A stretch of 64,000 bases of DNA, taken from Eledone cirrhosa (Eukaryota). The notes below the pieces were generated by a model that worked only from the letters and a program-made list of their open reading frames with translations, did not search any database and was not told the DNA's origin. Positions 26,816 to 41,440 of the stretch are shown piece after piece. The stretch's first letter is position 1. Each line of letters opens with the position of its first letter. Where the stretch lies: positions 265,670,001 to 265,734,000 of the forward strand of contig OZ024742.1 of NCBI GenBank assembly GCA_964016885.1, written 5' to 3'. The translations under genes were made by a program, and so were the position numbers.

Positions 26816-29556
26816 ATTGTGTTTCCTCCTATTGTATTGTATTGTACTGTAATGTCTACATCATTTTTATTTTAATTAATTCATTTATTTCTTCTTGTCT
26901 CTGCGCATGCGTTTGCGTGTGTGCATAATGTTTGGTGTGTGTGTTCGCGTTTGAGTGTATGTGTTTTTGTATTCTACCTTTTTGTATTCTACCTTTATAT
27001 GTGTTTGTTGCTATTGTACTTGTGTATATATTTATTTATTTATATTTCCCTTAAGTCAGTATTGTTTGTTTGGGTATGGTTGTTGTTGTAATCCCATTCG
27101 GTCTTTCTGTTAACGTCTTAGAAATTCAACAGCTTGGAAGAAAACTTGTAGAAGGCCTACTTAGCCTCAAGCACCGCACAAGGGGTGGTGAGGTAGTATG
27201 TCTACACACAGATAAATCTGGTAGGATGTCAATAGACAGCATGCCGAACTATATCAAGGCTATGCAACCCCACGTCATCAAAAGGAGCAAAACAACACAA
27301 CAAACACACGAGGAGAGAGAAAAGATCCTCAACGTACACATGATGATGTGGACCGACATCCTAAAGCCAAGCAGACGCACTGCCAACAACTTCCAAGCGT
27401 CTAACAACGATATACCGCCCTTGTATGGGCTCCTCAAAGACCATAAGACAACCAACGACCTGACGACAGGACCACCAACAACAAGACCTGTATGCGGAGC
27501 CAATATTGCTAGCAATTACAGGATCTCTTACTTCCTCTCTATGGTTATACGCCCCATAATTAAGATGTCCCCGGATATATGTTGCAGCACAGAGGACCTC
27601 CTCAGCAGAATCAATGAATGAAACAAAAACAAAACCTTTACTAACTGCATAATAGGCAGTATGGATGTAGTATGACTGTAGTATCACTGTACCCATCCAT
27701 TAACATTGATTTTGCTGTGGAAAAATGTGTGGAAATAATCTGCGAGGATAAGGTAGAGTTCTGCGACGTCGGCACAGATGAACTGTGTCTCCTACTTAGA
27801 CTTACTTATGACACCGAGGACCTAGATATCCATGACCTTAGCTGTTTCTGCCCCAGTAGACCTATAAGAGGTCGAGCCCCCCCCCCCTAACCTCAATGGC
27901 AAAAAAGACTCCCATGGGAAGATGGAATGGGTGGACCAAACCCATGCGGACACCGAAAAACAATGATCAAGTGAGAAAAATGGTCGTACATGCAATAGGG
28001 GCTAATATTAAAACAACCCTAAAGGGCCATATGTTTAAATTTAATGAAAAGATCTACACCCTGAATGAGGGAGCGCCATTGGCGTCAGCATAGCTGGTGA
28101 TGTTGCCATTCTATTTATAGTATGGTGGGAGAGGATAGTCAGAGAACTCATTGAAGAGAACTCCATAGACCTTGTCATGTACTCTCGTTACGTAGACGAT
28201 ATTAATATAATAATAAGAACACCTCCACAAGAGAGTACTAATAAACATGAATTAGAAAATAGCTCAATGGAGAGCATCCAGCAGATAGCTAACTCCATAC
28301 ACCAGAGTATAACAGTAACTGTTGACTACTCTTCAAAACACCCTAACAATAGACTACCAGTATTAGACACGGAACTCTGGATTAACACTATAGACGAGAG
28401 GGCCCAAAATCTCCACTCACACTATGCTAAACCCATGGCCTCCAAATACCTGATACTCAAAAACTCAGCAATGTCCAATAGTGCTAAGTTTAATATTCTG
28501 ATCGCAGACTTGGTAAGAGTGATGAAGAATGTGTCCCGCATGTGCGACCCAACTGAAATGGAAAGACACATCCAACACTTCATCAATCGCCTCCAGTTCT
28601 CTAGCTACAACCAAAGAGACAGAATCAGGGTATAAAAAGGAGCCACGGAGAAATATAAGACCCTCATAGAAATGGACATGAAGGGAATTTGCCCATTATA
28701 CAGGAGGAATTCATGGAATAGCTTAGATAGGACTAAACATAAGATAGGGAAAGCCACTTCATGGTACGACAACCAGAGATACCAGAATTTCATGTTCGTG
28801 GATGCTACCCCTGAAGGGAAATTAGCTAACCAATGTAGAAAGCTCCTAAGAAAGACCCATTTAAAGATTAAAGTGGTAGAAAAGCCAGGAACTACTATAA
28901 AATCCCTGATCAGCAAGACTTTAAGAAAACCCACTATACAAATAAGAAATGTGTTATATGTAAAATGAACCCCCAGATAAACTGTAAAACTAGAAATGTA
29001 GTCTATGGATTACAGAGGGTACTTGCAGAAACATGACAACGACATACATAGGTGAGACAGCTCGAGGCATAGGAGAAATAGTAGACCAACACGGGGGGGG
29101 GGGGTCTAAAAGAAAAAAAAAACGGTTCAGTACTATACGAACACGCGAGACAAAGACATGACGGTAATATAGACAACATAGAGTTTGAAATAATATCCAA
29201 GCATAGAAATGACTCAATAGGTAGGCAAATCAGAGAAGCAGCTGAGATAGAACTAAGAAGACCGAAGCTGAACAGAAAGACCGAATGGAATAACAACAAC
29301 CATACCCAAACAATACTGACTTAGGGGAAATATAAATAAATAAATAAATATATACACAAGAACAATAACAACAAACACATATAAACACACACTAGTGAAC
29401 AAAGATAGAATACAAAAACACATACACTCAAACGCGAACACACACACCAAACATTATACACACAAACAAACGCATGCGCAGAGACAGAGACAAAAAGAAA
29501 GAAATTAATTAATTAAAATAAAAATGGCGTAGACATTACAGTACAATACAATACAA
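26768..29556 (+). mobile_element. Decayed PLE of another lineage with 5' inverted pLTR
   Basis: TDKSGRM; PPLYGLLKDHK..RPVCGA; SMDV..SLYPSI; YSRYVDDI; LPVLDTELW; YIGETARG; 26830-27112 is the reverse complement of 29270-29556. Confidence 0.88.
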
Positions 29557-29811
29557 TGATAAATATTGATTGCCAAATAAATTAACTATGGAGATATAAA
29601 AGATACAGAAGCGAAAACCAACTAAACAGTGAGTGTGTTCTGTTATTTTTTCTGGCAATATTATAACAATATGATCCTGCCCAAGTATAACAATATTTGT
29701 TTCGACACACGATTTCGTATCAAAAACCTTACAAAACAAACAAAACAAATATATATATATATTATTCAAAATATTAACAAATGAAGATATTCACATAATC
29801 AAAATATATGC

Positions 29812-29871
29812 TTTATTATATATATTTCGAAGGTACTGTGTTTTTTTTCCAGTACGTCCTCGTCAGATAAA
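29812..29871 (-). ncRNA. Type I hammerhead at PLE 3' end
   Basis: rc: TTTAT-CTGACGA-GGA C GTACTG..CAGTAC C TTC-GAAA-TATATA-TA-ATAAA. Confidence 0.75.
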
Positions 29872-32800
29872 ATATATGATTTGATATATGACATACCTCT
29901 ATGGTCTTGATATTTCGATTCCAGTATTGGCAGTGTTTTATTTCACCAAATCTCAACATTTTATACCACAAATAATAATATGATAAACTTAAAGAAGAAA
30001 AGGACGTGGAGCGAATTAGAGATATAAGAGAGTGTGTAAAGAAGAGGAGATGCAAAAAGATGAGAAAAAATAAGAGAAAAAATAAAAAAAATACATATAA
30101 AAATATTTAAATGAATATATAGATGGGTGAAATAGGTGAAGAAATATGTATAAAAAAGAAAGAAGAAAAAGAAGAAAGAAAGAAGAGATAACGACAAAAG
30201 AAATTATGGGGAGAAATAAGTATAAAAAACCGTTGTTTTCAAATATTAGGTCAATTGAGGCGACCAATCAATTACCATAGTTCATTGAATATCTCTAGTA
30301 TATGGTTATGGTTAAGCTAATTATACTAATATAATATATCAAAATTAATCAATATACATTACTTTTCATAGCCGTCACATATTTATTTAATTAAAAACTT
30401 ATATAATTTAATTTAACTCATTATAGATTTTAATTTCTGGTTTAGGTAATATATTCCATAAGTATTTTGTTACAACTTTAAAAAAATTATCTTTAAAGCA
30501 TATTTAAATAATTATTAAACCTGTATTAAAATATATATTAAAATACATGCATATATCACCTTTATAAAATCGTTTCAAATCTTTAATTATCATATAATTA
30601 CAGGATTAAATTTTAGTTATATTTACTCTCAAAAGTTTTATTTCGTTAATTGAAATTTACTTCAGTAATTACAAATTATTACAGTTTCCTTTTAAAGAAA
30701 TTCTTATATTATTCAACTATATAATTTATGTCAAAAATTAAAATAGCAAGCTATTCAAACAGGATAAAAATATTTAGGAAGAATGTAAACAAAAGGAAGA
30801 TAACTCATTCACCATATGTGAACATTAAACAATATATCTACTCTGAAATCTAGTGATATTTCTAAACCATAAATCAACAATTGTCAAGTTAAATATTGAA
30901 CTGTCCTGATCAAAATGTAGGGTACAGAGACTCATTATTATAATAGATAAAACATCAATACATTATTACTCCGGTAAGACAAAAATTATAAATATAAATA
31001 TATTTATAAAATTATTAATTGTCAATATTCTTTCGAAACTTGTATAATACTTGGAATGTTTTACCGGTTCTATGTTGGCAGCTGTTAAATAATTCGTTTT
31101 TCTTGTTAATTAAATTGTTATAATTTGTAATTATCAATAGAATCTCGAGATTGCAAAGATTACAATTTGGCGAAATGGAAGCGTTCCGATAGGAATTGGC
31201 ATTCTTCAGCCGTGTCCAAGAGATGGAGTATTTAATATTATTGTCCTTCAAAGACCATATTAATTGTGAGGGTGAAGTTGAGAATCTTTTGTCTGGTTTC
31301 GAAAAGGAATTTTATGATTGTACCAACGAAGTTTAAACTCAGATGAAGTCGCACCAATGTAGTTATATATATTATTATTTGTCTTAATGGTGCATTTATA
31401 TACTAGATTCTTGTCAAGGCAGTTATTTTGTAAGGGACATTCTGACTTCCTTCTACAGTTACATTTCTTCTCGATGTTATTTCTATACCCTAAAGTTTAG
31501 GGCCTAAACTATTCATATTATTATTTTACGTCCCTTTACGATCTGAGTTCAAATCCCGCCGAGGTTGACTTTGCCTTTCATCCTTACGGGGTCGATAAAA
31601 TAAAGTACCAGTAATGCACTGGGTAATTGCTGGCCTTGTGCCTAAAGTAGAAACAATTATTATTATCTAAAAGTGTTCTACTATTTTTCGTATTTAAGTT
31701 ATTATTATTGTTATTCCCATTAAATAATGTATTATTATTATATTGTTATTATAGCTATTTATATGTTGGTTCCAATTAAGATTTTTACTATTTATTTTTG
31801 CTATATTTTGAGCAATGTTCATAGTTGTTGAATAAGAGAGTTTAACTGTATGTCTATTGAAGATAGAGTAATATTTATGTGATCTTGGGAAGCATTTATC
31901 CAAGGCTTTAAAAAATAAGTGTGCTAAAGGTGTTTTAATAGCTAAAGATGCTGGCGGAGCATACCAAATTATAGATCTAGTTCTTATCTTTTTCCCCGAT
32001 TTAATCCTCAAGTTGTTGTTTTTATAGTCAATATTATTATTATTATTATTATGAATACTGTGATTATACTTAATACTATTTTCAGTATTTTTTCTATATA
32101 CTCAATATTATTTTTATAACCAGCTTTACGTAAAGCATCATTATAATATACGGCTTTACTATTAAATATGGATCCATTAGCAGTCTGGATATTCGTTGTT
32201 GTACACTGTTGACTATTGCATTCTTAACACTTTCAGGATGATTAGAATAAAAATTAACATAATTTAAGTTCTCGTTGAGTTTATGGAAAGGGTAATGAAG
32301 GCCTGAGTTCAAATTAAGAGTTACGTCTAAAAAATTAACTATTTTATTGTTATTTTCTACATCTAATTTCAGGTCAAAATTTTTTTTAAATTCAATAATT
32401 ACATTTTTTACTCTATTTAATTCGCTATTATTATGTTTTTCTACAATAAATAATATGTCATCTCTATATAAACCACCGGAATCTCCGGCAGTTTTCTATT
32501 TATCATTTTAAGGATTAAAATTCCCACAAGATCGGTAACTTGTGCCGAATCAGACGAGCCCATAGAAATGTCAAAGTTCTTCTGCCTATCGGATCTAGTC
32601 CAAAGATCATTATTAAATTCTATCAATGTTCGCCTTGCAGTTAAAATAATATTTATCTCATCACTAGATAGATCCGGATTTCTTATATGCATATGATAGC
32701 GCCTTATTTAGTAGGTTAGGAGGTATTGAGGAATAATAACACCCTATGTCCATTTGAATGAACTTATGATTTTTCTTATTTTCGATATTTTTGAACCAAT

Positions 32801-33081
32801 CTATGACTTCATTAGTGCCCTTCCATAGGTTTAGCCTTGACCTAAATTTAAGCGTTGGTAAAATCCTATCTATAATGTTTTTACTAATTATTCCGAGATC
32901 TGATTTCGAAGGTGCAATAAGTTCTATCAGGTAAGTCTCCTTCAAAATTACTTTTAAGGTCTTTAAAACTTATCCGTGGTTGCCTTGGTATGAAGGGTTT
33001 TCCGCTCTATTCCGAGAGTAGTGATAATTTCAAATGCAACATTATTAATATCCAATAAATCTTCACTTGAGGCCTTTTTGT

Positions 33082-33082
<1 letters not shown>
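29812..33082 (-). mobile_element. Decayed AT-rich PLE (RT, GIY-YIG, long 3' UTR); SINE inserted at 31527-31665
   Basis: LWKGTNEVIDWF..FIQMDIGCYYSSI; FDISMGSSDSAQV; GLYRDD; IIWYAPP; CNCRRKSECPLQNNC..YIGAT; CNLCNLE; 5' end at (GATA)n. Confidence 0.88.
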
Positions 33083-33131
<49 letters not shown>

Positions 33132-33164
33132 TACATATACATACAAATATACATATATATATAT

Positions 33165-33264
33165 AACGAAGGAAATGTGGTAAGGAACCAGGTGGACCAT
33201 ACGCTATTGTTTTAGAATTAGCCGTCGAAACGGCTTGAGCTCAGCCGTCGGGGTCTTACTTGTT

Positions 33265-33270
<6 letters not shown>
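33165..33270 (+). repeat. pLTR fragment with 3' half of the 13.6 kb HHR family
   Basis: TAGCCGTC-GAAA-CGGC ttgagctca GCCG-TC-GGGGT. Confidence 0.7.
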
Positions 33271-33312
<42 letters not shown>

Positions 33313-33316
<4 letters not shown>

Positions 33317-33657
33317 GTATATATAGTGTATTTTGCAATACACTTTATGCTTAATTAAAAGCATTTTGAAGACCTAACGCTAATGTTTTAAAGTAGTGAC
33401 TATGTCACTTCTTTTTTTTTTCAGAAAACAAAGGGAGATAAGCTGACAGATCTCTGTTTCGTACTGTTCGTACTCCTCAGAGCTTACCAGTCCCTCTGCC
33501 TGCTGAAAATTATGAATGTTGGATTCTTATAGAATTCCAGTAATAATCACGAACTGATTATACAGAGCGGTTGCGGGTCCAGCAAAAATTGAAAATTAGA
33601 ATTGGTGCTCTGAAATAGTAATATATATATAAATGTATATATAGTGTATTTTGCAAT
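33313..33657 (-). mobile_element. Non-coding HHR element, about 318-bp unit with terminal direct repeat
   Basis: AATGTATATATAGTGTATTTTGCAAT at about 33314 and 33632; relatives at 45470-45640 and 63290-63360. Confidence 0.75.
33437..33488 (-). ncRNA. Canonical type I hammerhead ribozyme
   Basis: rc: GGTAAGCT-CTGAGGA-GTAC gaaca GTAC-GAAA-CAG agat CTG-TC-AGCTTATC; GUC site. Confidence 0.92.
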
Positions 33658-33810
33658 TATCCCAGTGCATTACTGGTACTTTATTTTATCGACCCCGTAA
33701 GGATGAAAGACAAAGTTAATCTCGATGGGATTTGAACTCAGACCATAAATGGCCGTAACTCTTTGCTGCAAAGCATGGCGTACGACCCTCTACCGATACT
33801 GCCAATCTAT
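33655..33810 (-). mobile_element. SINE family 1
   Basis: Reverse complement of consensus. Confidence 0.85.
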
Positions 33811-34089
33811 GCAGTGAAATTATCAGCAACCAGGTAGCAGACTTGTAACACAATTTTTTGATACATCATAATAGGTTGTACTATTAAGAAATGCACGAAT
33901 ACAATCTTACATAAGTAAAATAAATAATCCAGGGTGTAATACTTTTAGTTTCCACAGATGGTCTTAGATTAAGTCCCATGCCGTACAAGTATATGTGGCA
34001 TGTTTCCATAACCTGAGCAACATGAACTCAAACTGACCTGCTGGAATTTATATCGAAATGTGAATAATGTATTTTAGCAGATCATCAGC

Positions 34090-35640
34090 CGAGTTCGTAA
34101 TAAGAAGTCCCCCTCCATACCCGTTGTTAAGAACTCGTTTATGGTTTTCTCTCTAAAGAGAACTGCATCATCGCAAACTGGAAAGAATACTTTGCTGATC
34201 TTTTAATTTTGGTCACAACATATTTGGTGTACGTGATGTGCATATACGGGCGAAGACTAACTTCTCGGAGGCTGAGATTTCCCGAGCAATTAAAGATCTC
34301 AAATGTGGTAAGGTCTCTAGGTAGGATGTAATTTAGCTCAAGATATTTAAACAAAATTAAATAAAGAAAGTACGATCTGATGACTCGGATGTGACGAGAG
34401 GTCGGTAATTTGAGAAAGCCACGAAAGCAATGACAATCGGGAGTGATAATCCCTATTTTCAAAAATGAAAACAAGAGAGATTGCTCTACTTCTAGAGGAA
34501 TCTTCTTGTTAAGACTCTAACTGTCTGGCAAAGAAATATTGCTGAGTCCAAGCTAGTTGACGGGTAGTGTGATTTTGACCCCCCCCCCCCCCCCCACGTA
34601 GCACAGCCGACCAAATATTCACCCTGCAGTAGATCTGCGAGAGATAGTGGGAGTATTGCTAAGGGTTGTATGCTTGTTTGGTGGACCTCAAAAATGCATA
34701 CGACTGCGTTCCATTGAACGTGTTGTGGAATATTCTCCAGGGATGTGAAATCGATGGACAGCTTCTTGTTGGCTTGAAGACTCTATATGAATGCGCAAGT
34801 ATTTGTGTTTTGATAAACAGTCTTAAATTGAAACCATTCAATGTAGGTGTTTGAATACCACCAGAGATGCATATTTTCACACCTCCTGTTCATAACCTTC
34901 AGGAATAAGATTGACATTCTCAGACGGGCTGGAAGTGATATTAAAACCGGCGACGGAAATTTGTAGAAGACGTGGTATTGCTTAACTCGTCGGAAGGCGA
35001 TCTCCAGGATGCACTGGATAGGTATGCTGCCGAGTGCTGAACGGTAGGAGTGAAAATCAGTTCTGCGAGAACTGAAACACTCGTCCTCACAAGGAGACCT
35101 TCGCAGTGCACTATGCATGTGAGTGGATTTACACTGAAGTAAGTGGAAAGGTTCGAGTATCTTGGGGCCGAGTGATAGGAGGTAGCAGGTTGAATTAAAT
35201 GCAATAATTGTTAGAGTTGATGCAATAATGCGTCATCTACAGCACTCGGTCATCAAAAGAAGGGAGGTAGATGTAAAATCCAAAGTCAATATCTTCGATT
35301 TAGTGTTTGAGACTACCCATACCTAGGCAGCTTGGATAACAACCGAAAGTATACGATCACGAATAAAATCGGTTGAATTGAGGTTCCTCCGAATGGTCTT
35401 TGAACTAACGTTACTCGATAAGATGACGGAATCGATCGCCCGAGTAGATCCGCTATTTCCCGCATCGAGAGTTCACAGCTCCGATATTGTGGATATATGG
35501 TTAGCATGTCTAAGGAAAGAATTGTTATACAGATTTTACAGGCAAAGCTAACGGGCAGGAGACACAGAGATTAACTACGAGAAAGATGGTTGGATTACCT
35601 CCATAAGCTCGATTGGTACTCCTGATGATCGTAATAAAAT
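34090..35640 (+). mobile_element. Heavily decayed RTE-clade LINE
   Basis: WKEYFADLL; GVIIPIFK..DCSTSRGI; CLVDLKNAYDCVP..LW; VERFEYLG; IESSQLRYCGY. Confidence 0.8.
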
Positions 35641-36224
35641 ATTGCACTTCGTCAGAAAGAGAAAAACTTGTTATAGTCCAAGATGAGGTTGTTGCATTTT
35701 TGCAATAAGTATAACATAGTGCTAACTGCAGTATGTATATATAAAACAATGATAAACTGTTGAAAAATGAGGCCGGTAAAGTTATGCCTAAGAAATGTCA
35801 ATCTCACTGTAGTTCTATAGTCAGTAAATAGAACGAATGTATTCATCCAATGTATAATCCGTATGAAATCAAGAATTAAAACTTTCACTGAACACATCCA
35901 GAGTATTGAATGAATGTAAATACACAGAGCATTTAAATAACACATACAGGTACTTAAAATGTTTTATCGGTCTTACACATGTTTCAACAAATGTTTCAAT
36001 AAATGGAAATTTTCATTAAGCTGCATTATCGTATGATATGGTATGGTCCTAAAATTCCTGGTGGTATCGTAGGGACACCGTAGTGGCACACAGCGTTTAG
36101 GGGGTGTTTAAAGCCTGGAGAAGCCCACCACTCTCCTGGTCTAAACACAGCAGATTTCTTCCAGAGAAGCATAGAAAGTGAGAGAGGGGAAGTGATAAAG
36201 AGACGTGGGAAGAAATTACTTTTA

Positions 36225-36335
36225 AGAAAGGTAAAGTTGACATCGGTGGGATTTGAACTCAGAGAGCAGAAGCCCGGAAGTAATATCGCAAAGCATTCTA
36301 TCCGACGTTCTAAGGACTTTGCCAATTCACTGCTT
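36225..36335 (-). mobile_element. SINE family 1 relative, 5' part
   Basis: rc B box GAGTTCAAATCCC and decayed head. Confidence 0.65.
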
Positions 36336-36619
36336 TCTGCATTGGGTATAGAAATCTATATACTAAAATATGAGCATAAAATGAATAAACCTTATCACAT
36401 AACTTTACCTCCCTTTTTTAATCGCCAGGGCACTAAAAGCATATAGATTGACGGAGAAGGGGTTTTACGCGAGAAATACATCACAAGAACATTGTTCCTA
36501 ATATCGCTGAGGATACAAAGTTATGTTAGGGTAGATTATTCGGTTTATGTTCAGATATTATAAGTATTTATTTACTATTATATACTTTAATGCGGCTTAA
36601 TGAATAATTTCCATTGTAA

Positions 36620-36667
<48 letters not shown>

Positions 36668-36823
36668 CCATTCCTTTAACTATTGTCAATTATATGTAAA
36701 TGTATGTACACCGCCTACACGGCATTTAGTCGGCCCACTACTTAATTGTTATCCAGAGTGTAACATATTTTACAGGACTATGTTTTAGATATGTTGGAGA
36801 ACATGAACAAGAATTAAACATAA

Positions 36824-36895
<72 letters not shown>

Positions 36896-36984
36896 TATAC
36901 TTAAGAAGCCATTTATTCATGAAATATATATATATATATGAGTGTGTGAGTGTGTATGTGTGTGTGCGTGTGTGTGTATAGTCG

Positions 36985-37142
36985 ACGAGCCTCCTTGTAG
37001 TTTCTGTCTACAAAGTTTCCTACACATGGCATTGATCAACCCGAATCTATAATACAAGTCACTAGCCCACGGTGCCACGAAGTGGAACTGAACTCGAAAA
37101 CAGTTGCTTGCGAAACCCGAACTCCTAAATCACGCCACAACT
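36985..37142 (-). mobile_element. SINE family 2 (tRNA-like head)
   Basis: rc GTGGCGTGATTTAGG..GAGTTCAGTTCCAC..; related copies at 41110-41440 and 53675-53765. Confidence 0.6.
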
Positions 37143-37236
37143 AGTGCACACGCACACACACACACAAACACACACACACACAAACACACATACACACAAA
37201 CACACACAAACACATACACACACGCACACACACACG

Positions 37237-37283
<47 letters not shown>

Positions 37284-37546
37284 GCAAACACACACGCACA
37301 CACACGCACACACATATATATATATATATATACATAGACACACATATACACGCATACATATATAATGCAAAGTCTTATATTATGCATGCAGGTGTGATGA
37401 AAATCCGCCGAGGAAATGATAAGTAGTTGCACGTGTACAAATTAATACTATGGCCTGTTAGGTATAAAGGAATGAAAGACATTTAGTATGTCGTTGGTAG
37501 AAACAAATTTAGATTGCTTTATATATGCGAGTAGGTGTGTGTGTTT

Positions 37547-37607
<61 letters not shown>

Positions 37608-37680
37608 CTGTACATATATATATATATACATATATATATAGAGAGACATATATATATACATATATAGACATATGTATGTA

Positions 37681-37733
<53 letters not shown>

Positions 37734-37747
37734 ATATATATTTGTAC

Positions 37748-37782
<35 letters not shown>

Positions 37783-37814
37783 GACATATATATATATAGA
37801 GACATATGTATGTA

Positions 37815-37863
<49 letters not shown>

Positions 37864-38039
37864 GTGTGAGTGTGTGTAAGTGTGTGTAGGTGTGAGTATA
37901 AGGTTGATTTAAACATCAATGACACCCCAACTAATAATTTCGTTATAAACCAGTTATCTGACCCACTCCTGTGAATTACAGTCCTTGAACTAATCAGATT
38001 TCTTAGATATATCCCCACCACATCCACTTACCTATGTAA

Positions 38040-39240
38040 AGTTCCGCACCTACAAACCAGCCTCTTTAACAATATGGTGACATCAAAAACATTAAGAAAT
38101 GCAGTAAAACATTTATATTCTCAGATAAAATGAAATCTCTTCATGGATTAGACAATGTACAAAAGCTTTGATCCAACAACTTTACATAAAACAACAGAAG
38201 GGTTTATTTATACACTTATACAATTATATACAGTTAAGTGAAAAGTATCGCATGCATGTTAAAATTATACAGTCGATTAGAATCTTTAAATAAACTCAAG
38301 TCATACAACTCCCATTAAAAACACTAGGAGGATATCATCCTCATTCAAAATTCAGGTTAATTAACCCCATCAAAAGCAAAGTCACATTAATTATCAAACA
38401 GATAAAAAAAAAAACCTAGTAATTATAGAATTCGGAAAATCATCAACATCTGTAAATAGAACATTAGTAACACTACAACCAGCCACTTTGACATCATTAG
38501 CATTGGCAATATCGGTAGAGGGTCGGACGCCATGCTTTACAACATAGAGTTACGGCCCTTTGCGGTATGAGTTCAAATCCCGCCGATGTTAACTTTGCCT
38601 TTCATTCATACGGAGTCGATAAAATAAAGTACCAGTAATGTACTGGGATCATTGCTGGCCTTGTGCCAAAAGTTCAATATTGTCTGATCCCCCCCCCCCC
38701 CCCCCATTGTCTCACCAATTCGCTGGGACTTACCAATATTTATGAAAACTATATTGAATACATTATATATGAAAGAACTAATTTATTCTTTGAAATAACT
38801 ATACAAATCTATAAATTGCCAGACTTTACAGCTTTGCTCTGTCCGTTGTCACAAAGGGATCGTGAGACAGTGCAGAGATATATGATCGTTTTGACTTTTA
38901 CATCCTAGAAACACTTAAGAATATATTGATGACCATAGATATAGGATTATATAGAGATAACAGGTTAGACATAACATAACATCCTGAAATCTACCTACTA
39001 GAGAAATTTCAGAAAAGACTTAATTAAAGCTAATAAATTTGACATTTCACTTAAACAGAGTTATGCACAAACCCTTTGAGGAAATCAAACGAAAACTCGT
39101 ATATACCTACAAAAATAACAGACAACCACTCCTTGACTGGATCAGCTGATGCGGATGTCGCCCACTCAGTTTCTAATGAGAATTACCCTTATTTAGAAGC
39201 TTTCAAATCCACAGGAGACTGTTTCATCACGCCTGTGAAA
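38040..39240 (+). pseudogene. Possible very old PLE RT remnant, with SINE at 38500-38680
   Basis: SFDPTTL (motif A-like), TNIYENYIE, EYIDD at about 38922-38936 in expected order. Confidence 0.35.
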
Positions 39241-39304
39241 AGTTAAGTTATGCAATTCTGAGTCAAGCTGTTACATACAATTGATACAATTACGCAACGA
39301 TACA

Positions 39305-39375
<71 letters not shown>

Positions 39376-40039
39376 ATATACATATATATGTGGGGGTGCG
39401 TGTGTAGGTCTGTGTGTGTATGTGAATGTGTGTTTCTATGTAAAGCAGGGGTTGGTGGCGCAGAAGAAAAAGATAGAAGCATTGAAGAAAATAGGGACAG
39501 GAAAAGTGGGGAAAAGAGATAGAACCATTTACACACACACACACATACATACATATGTAGACACAAGCATATTTATTAATAGACTTAGGTATAAGCACAA
39601 TTCAATTTTCAATAACTGTTACAAATTTTGTGAAGAATGCAAATATCAGTACACTTGAACTCAGTCTAGAATTAAACATATTCAAGGTCAAATAAACATT
39701 TTAACTGTGTAAACAATGCAAGAGAATCTACACCCTAACCTTATGTTTTCTTACCCACATACTTATTTTACACGCATGACATTACAATATGCATAAATAT
39801 AGTATATATATACATACATACGTACAAACATATGTACATACATACATATAAACACACACTATCTCAAGCATGCATACATACACAAACATATATATGCATA
39901 TAGTTATGTTTATATGTATATGTACTTTATACATTTATATTTATTTATACACATGGTATACACATGATAAATTCATAAAATAATATTGTATTTACGAGTG
40001 TATTTTTATAAATATATATATATATATGTGTGTGTGTGT

Positions 40040-40235
40040 ATGTATGTATCTTTCTCTTAATTTTGAGTTTATTTTTGACTGGCCATCTTCCCGGTAGCTA
40101 GCTTGTAAAGAAAAGGAAATTTTCGTCGTTATTTTTTGTAATCGTTCACCATTTGAGTCGTAAGAATATTTTGAAGGTTATAGATTGTTAAGGTTCCATA
40201 TAGCGCGGCCATTTGTAGCTTATGAATTATGGAAT
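40040..40235 (-). mobile_element. 3' end of a second R4/Dong-like copy ending in (TACA)n
   Basis: rc IIHKLQMAALYGT versus LIHSLQMAAIAGT of the 19.1 kb copy; same AAATTAAGAGAAAGA terminus. Confidence 0.8.
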
Positions 40236-40377
40236 TACGTTTTTTTCTTCAAGAATCCAAATTCAGTAATCTTTAGTCGAGGTGGGTTTGTAGCTCCAAT
40301 AGTAATAGGTATGAAGCTGATCATGTATGATTGAGTACTTCCATGATTTGTGGTCCCCTCGGTCGCAGCACCACAGA

Positions 40378-40473
<96 letters not shown>

Positions 40474-40476
<3 letters not shown>

Positions 40477-40657
40477 CGAAGGAATTGTGGTAAGGAACCA
40501 GATGGACCATAACGTACCAGAGTACTCAATACTTAGGGTAGTAGAGTGGGTAATAGGAAAATGTATGACCCCGACGGCAGAGCTCAAGCCATTTCGATAG
40601 TCCACAAATAGCCGTCGAAACGGCTTGAGCTCTGCGGTCGGGGTCATACATTTTCCT
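40474..40657. repeat. Fold-back pLTR fragment of the 13.6 kb HHR family
   Basis: 40555-40597 inverted to about 40615-40657; (TA)n on both sides. Confidence 0.8.
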
Positions 40658-40735
40658 ATATATATATATATATATATACATGCATATATATATGTGTGTC
40701 TGTATATTCACACACACACACACACGCACACACAC

Positions 40736-40822
<87 letters not shown>

Positions 40823-41109
40823 CGTTTGAGTTTACAAACAAGACAAGAAACACTGAAGACAAAATTGGAAATATTTATGACAAAGTTGTGGCTTTCTTCT
40901 TCAAAAAGTGGAATTAAATTAAATCAGTCACTTTGAGATGATTATTGAGGCTACAGATGAAAATGATGCCCTGAATAGCTGTAATTCCATCAACTGCTTT
41001 ACTGCTCATTCGCCTTCATAATGCACGAGGGATAAACAGTGCCATACCTCAATAGGGCAAGAACTGCTGGAATAGAATTGAATGAAATGAATCTTCGTCA
41101 ATTTCGATG

Positions 41110-41440
41110 AGATGTGGTCCAGTTGTTTGATCAACAGAACAATCTGTTCATGGGATTAAAGTGTAAGTACCTAAAGCTTCCAAAGACATATATACCCATA
41201 ACATAATTCTCAGGGTGATTCATCGTGGGAGAGTATGTGACAAGGCAGGCCCTTTGAATTACAGGTACAGTCCATCCGACGGGTTTCCAAACAACTTCCG
41301 TCTACTCAATGTTATTCACAAGGCTTGGGTTGAGATAAGGTTATGATAAATGATACTTGCTCGAGATTCAATGCCGGGGACTCGAATTTGGCCCTTAATG
41401 AATGCAAAGCGTAATTTCTAACCATTCGGCCATACTGTGT
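41110..41440 (-). mobile_element. SINE family 2
   Basis: rc TGGCCGAATGGTTAG A box, AATTCGAGTCCC B box. Confidence 0.65.

Noticed and set aside
40815-41110. Faint hAT transposase-like peptide (IYDKVVAF)
   Set aside because: Too short to support without a search
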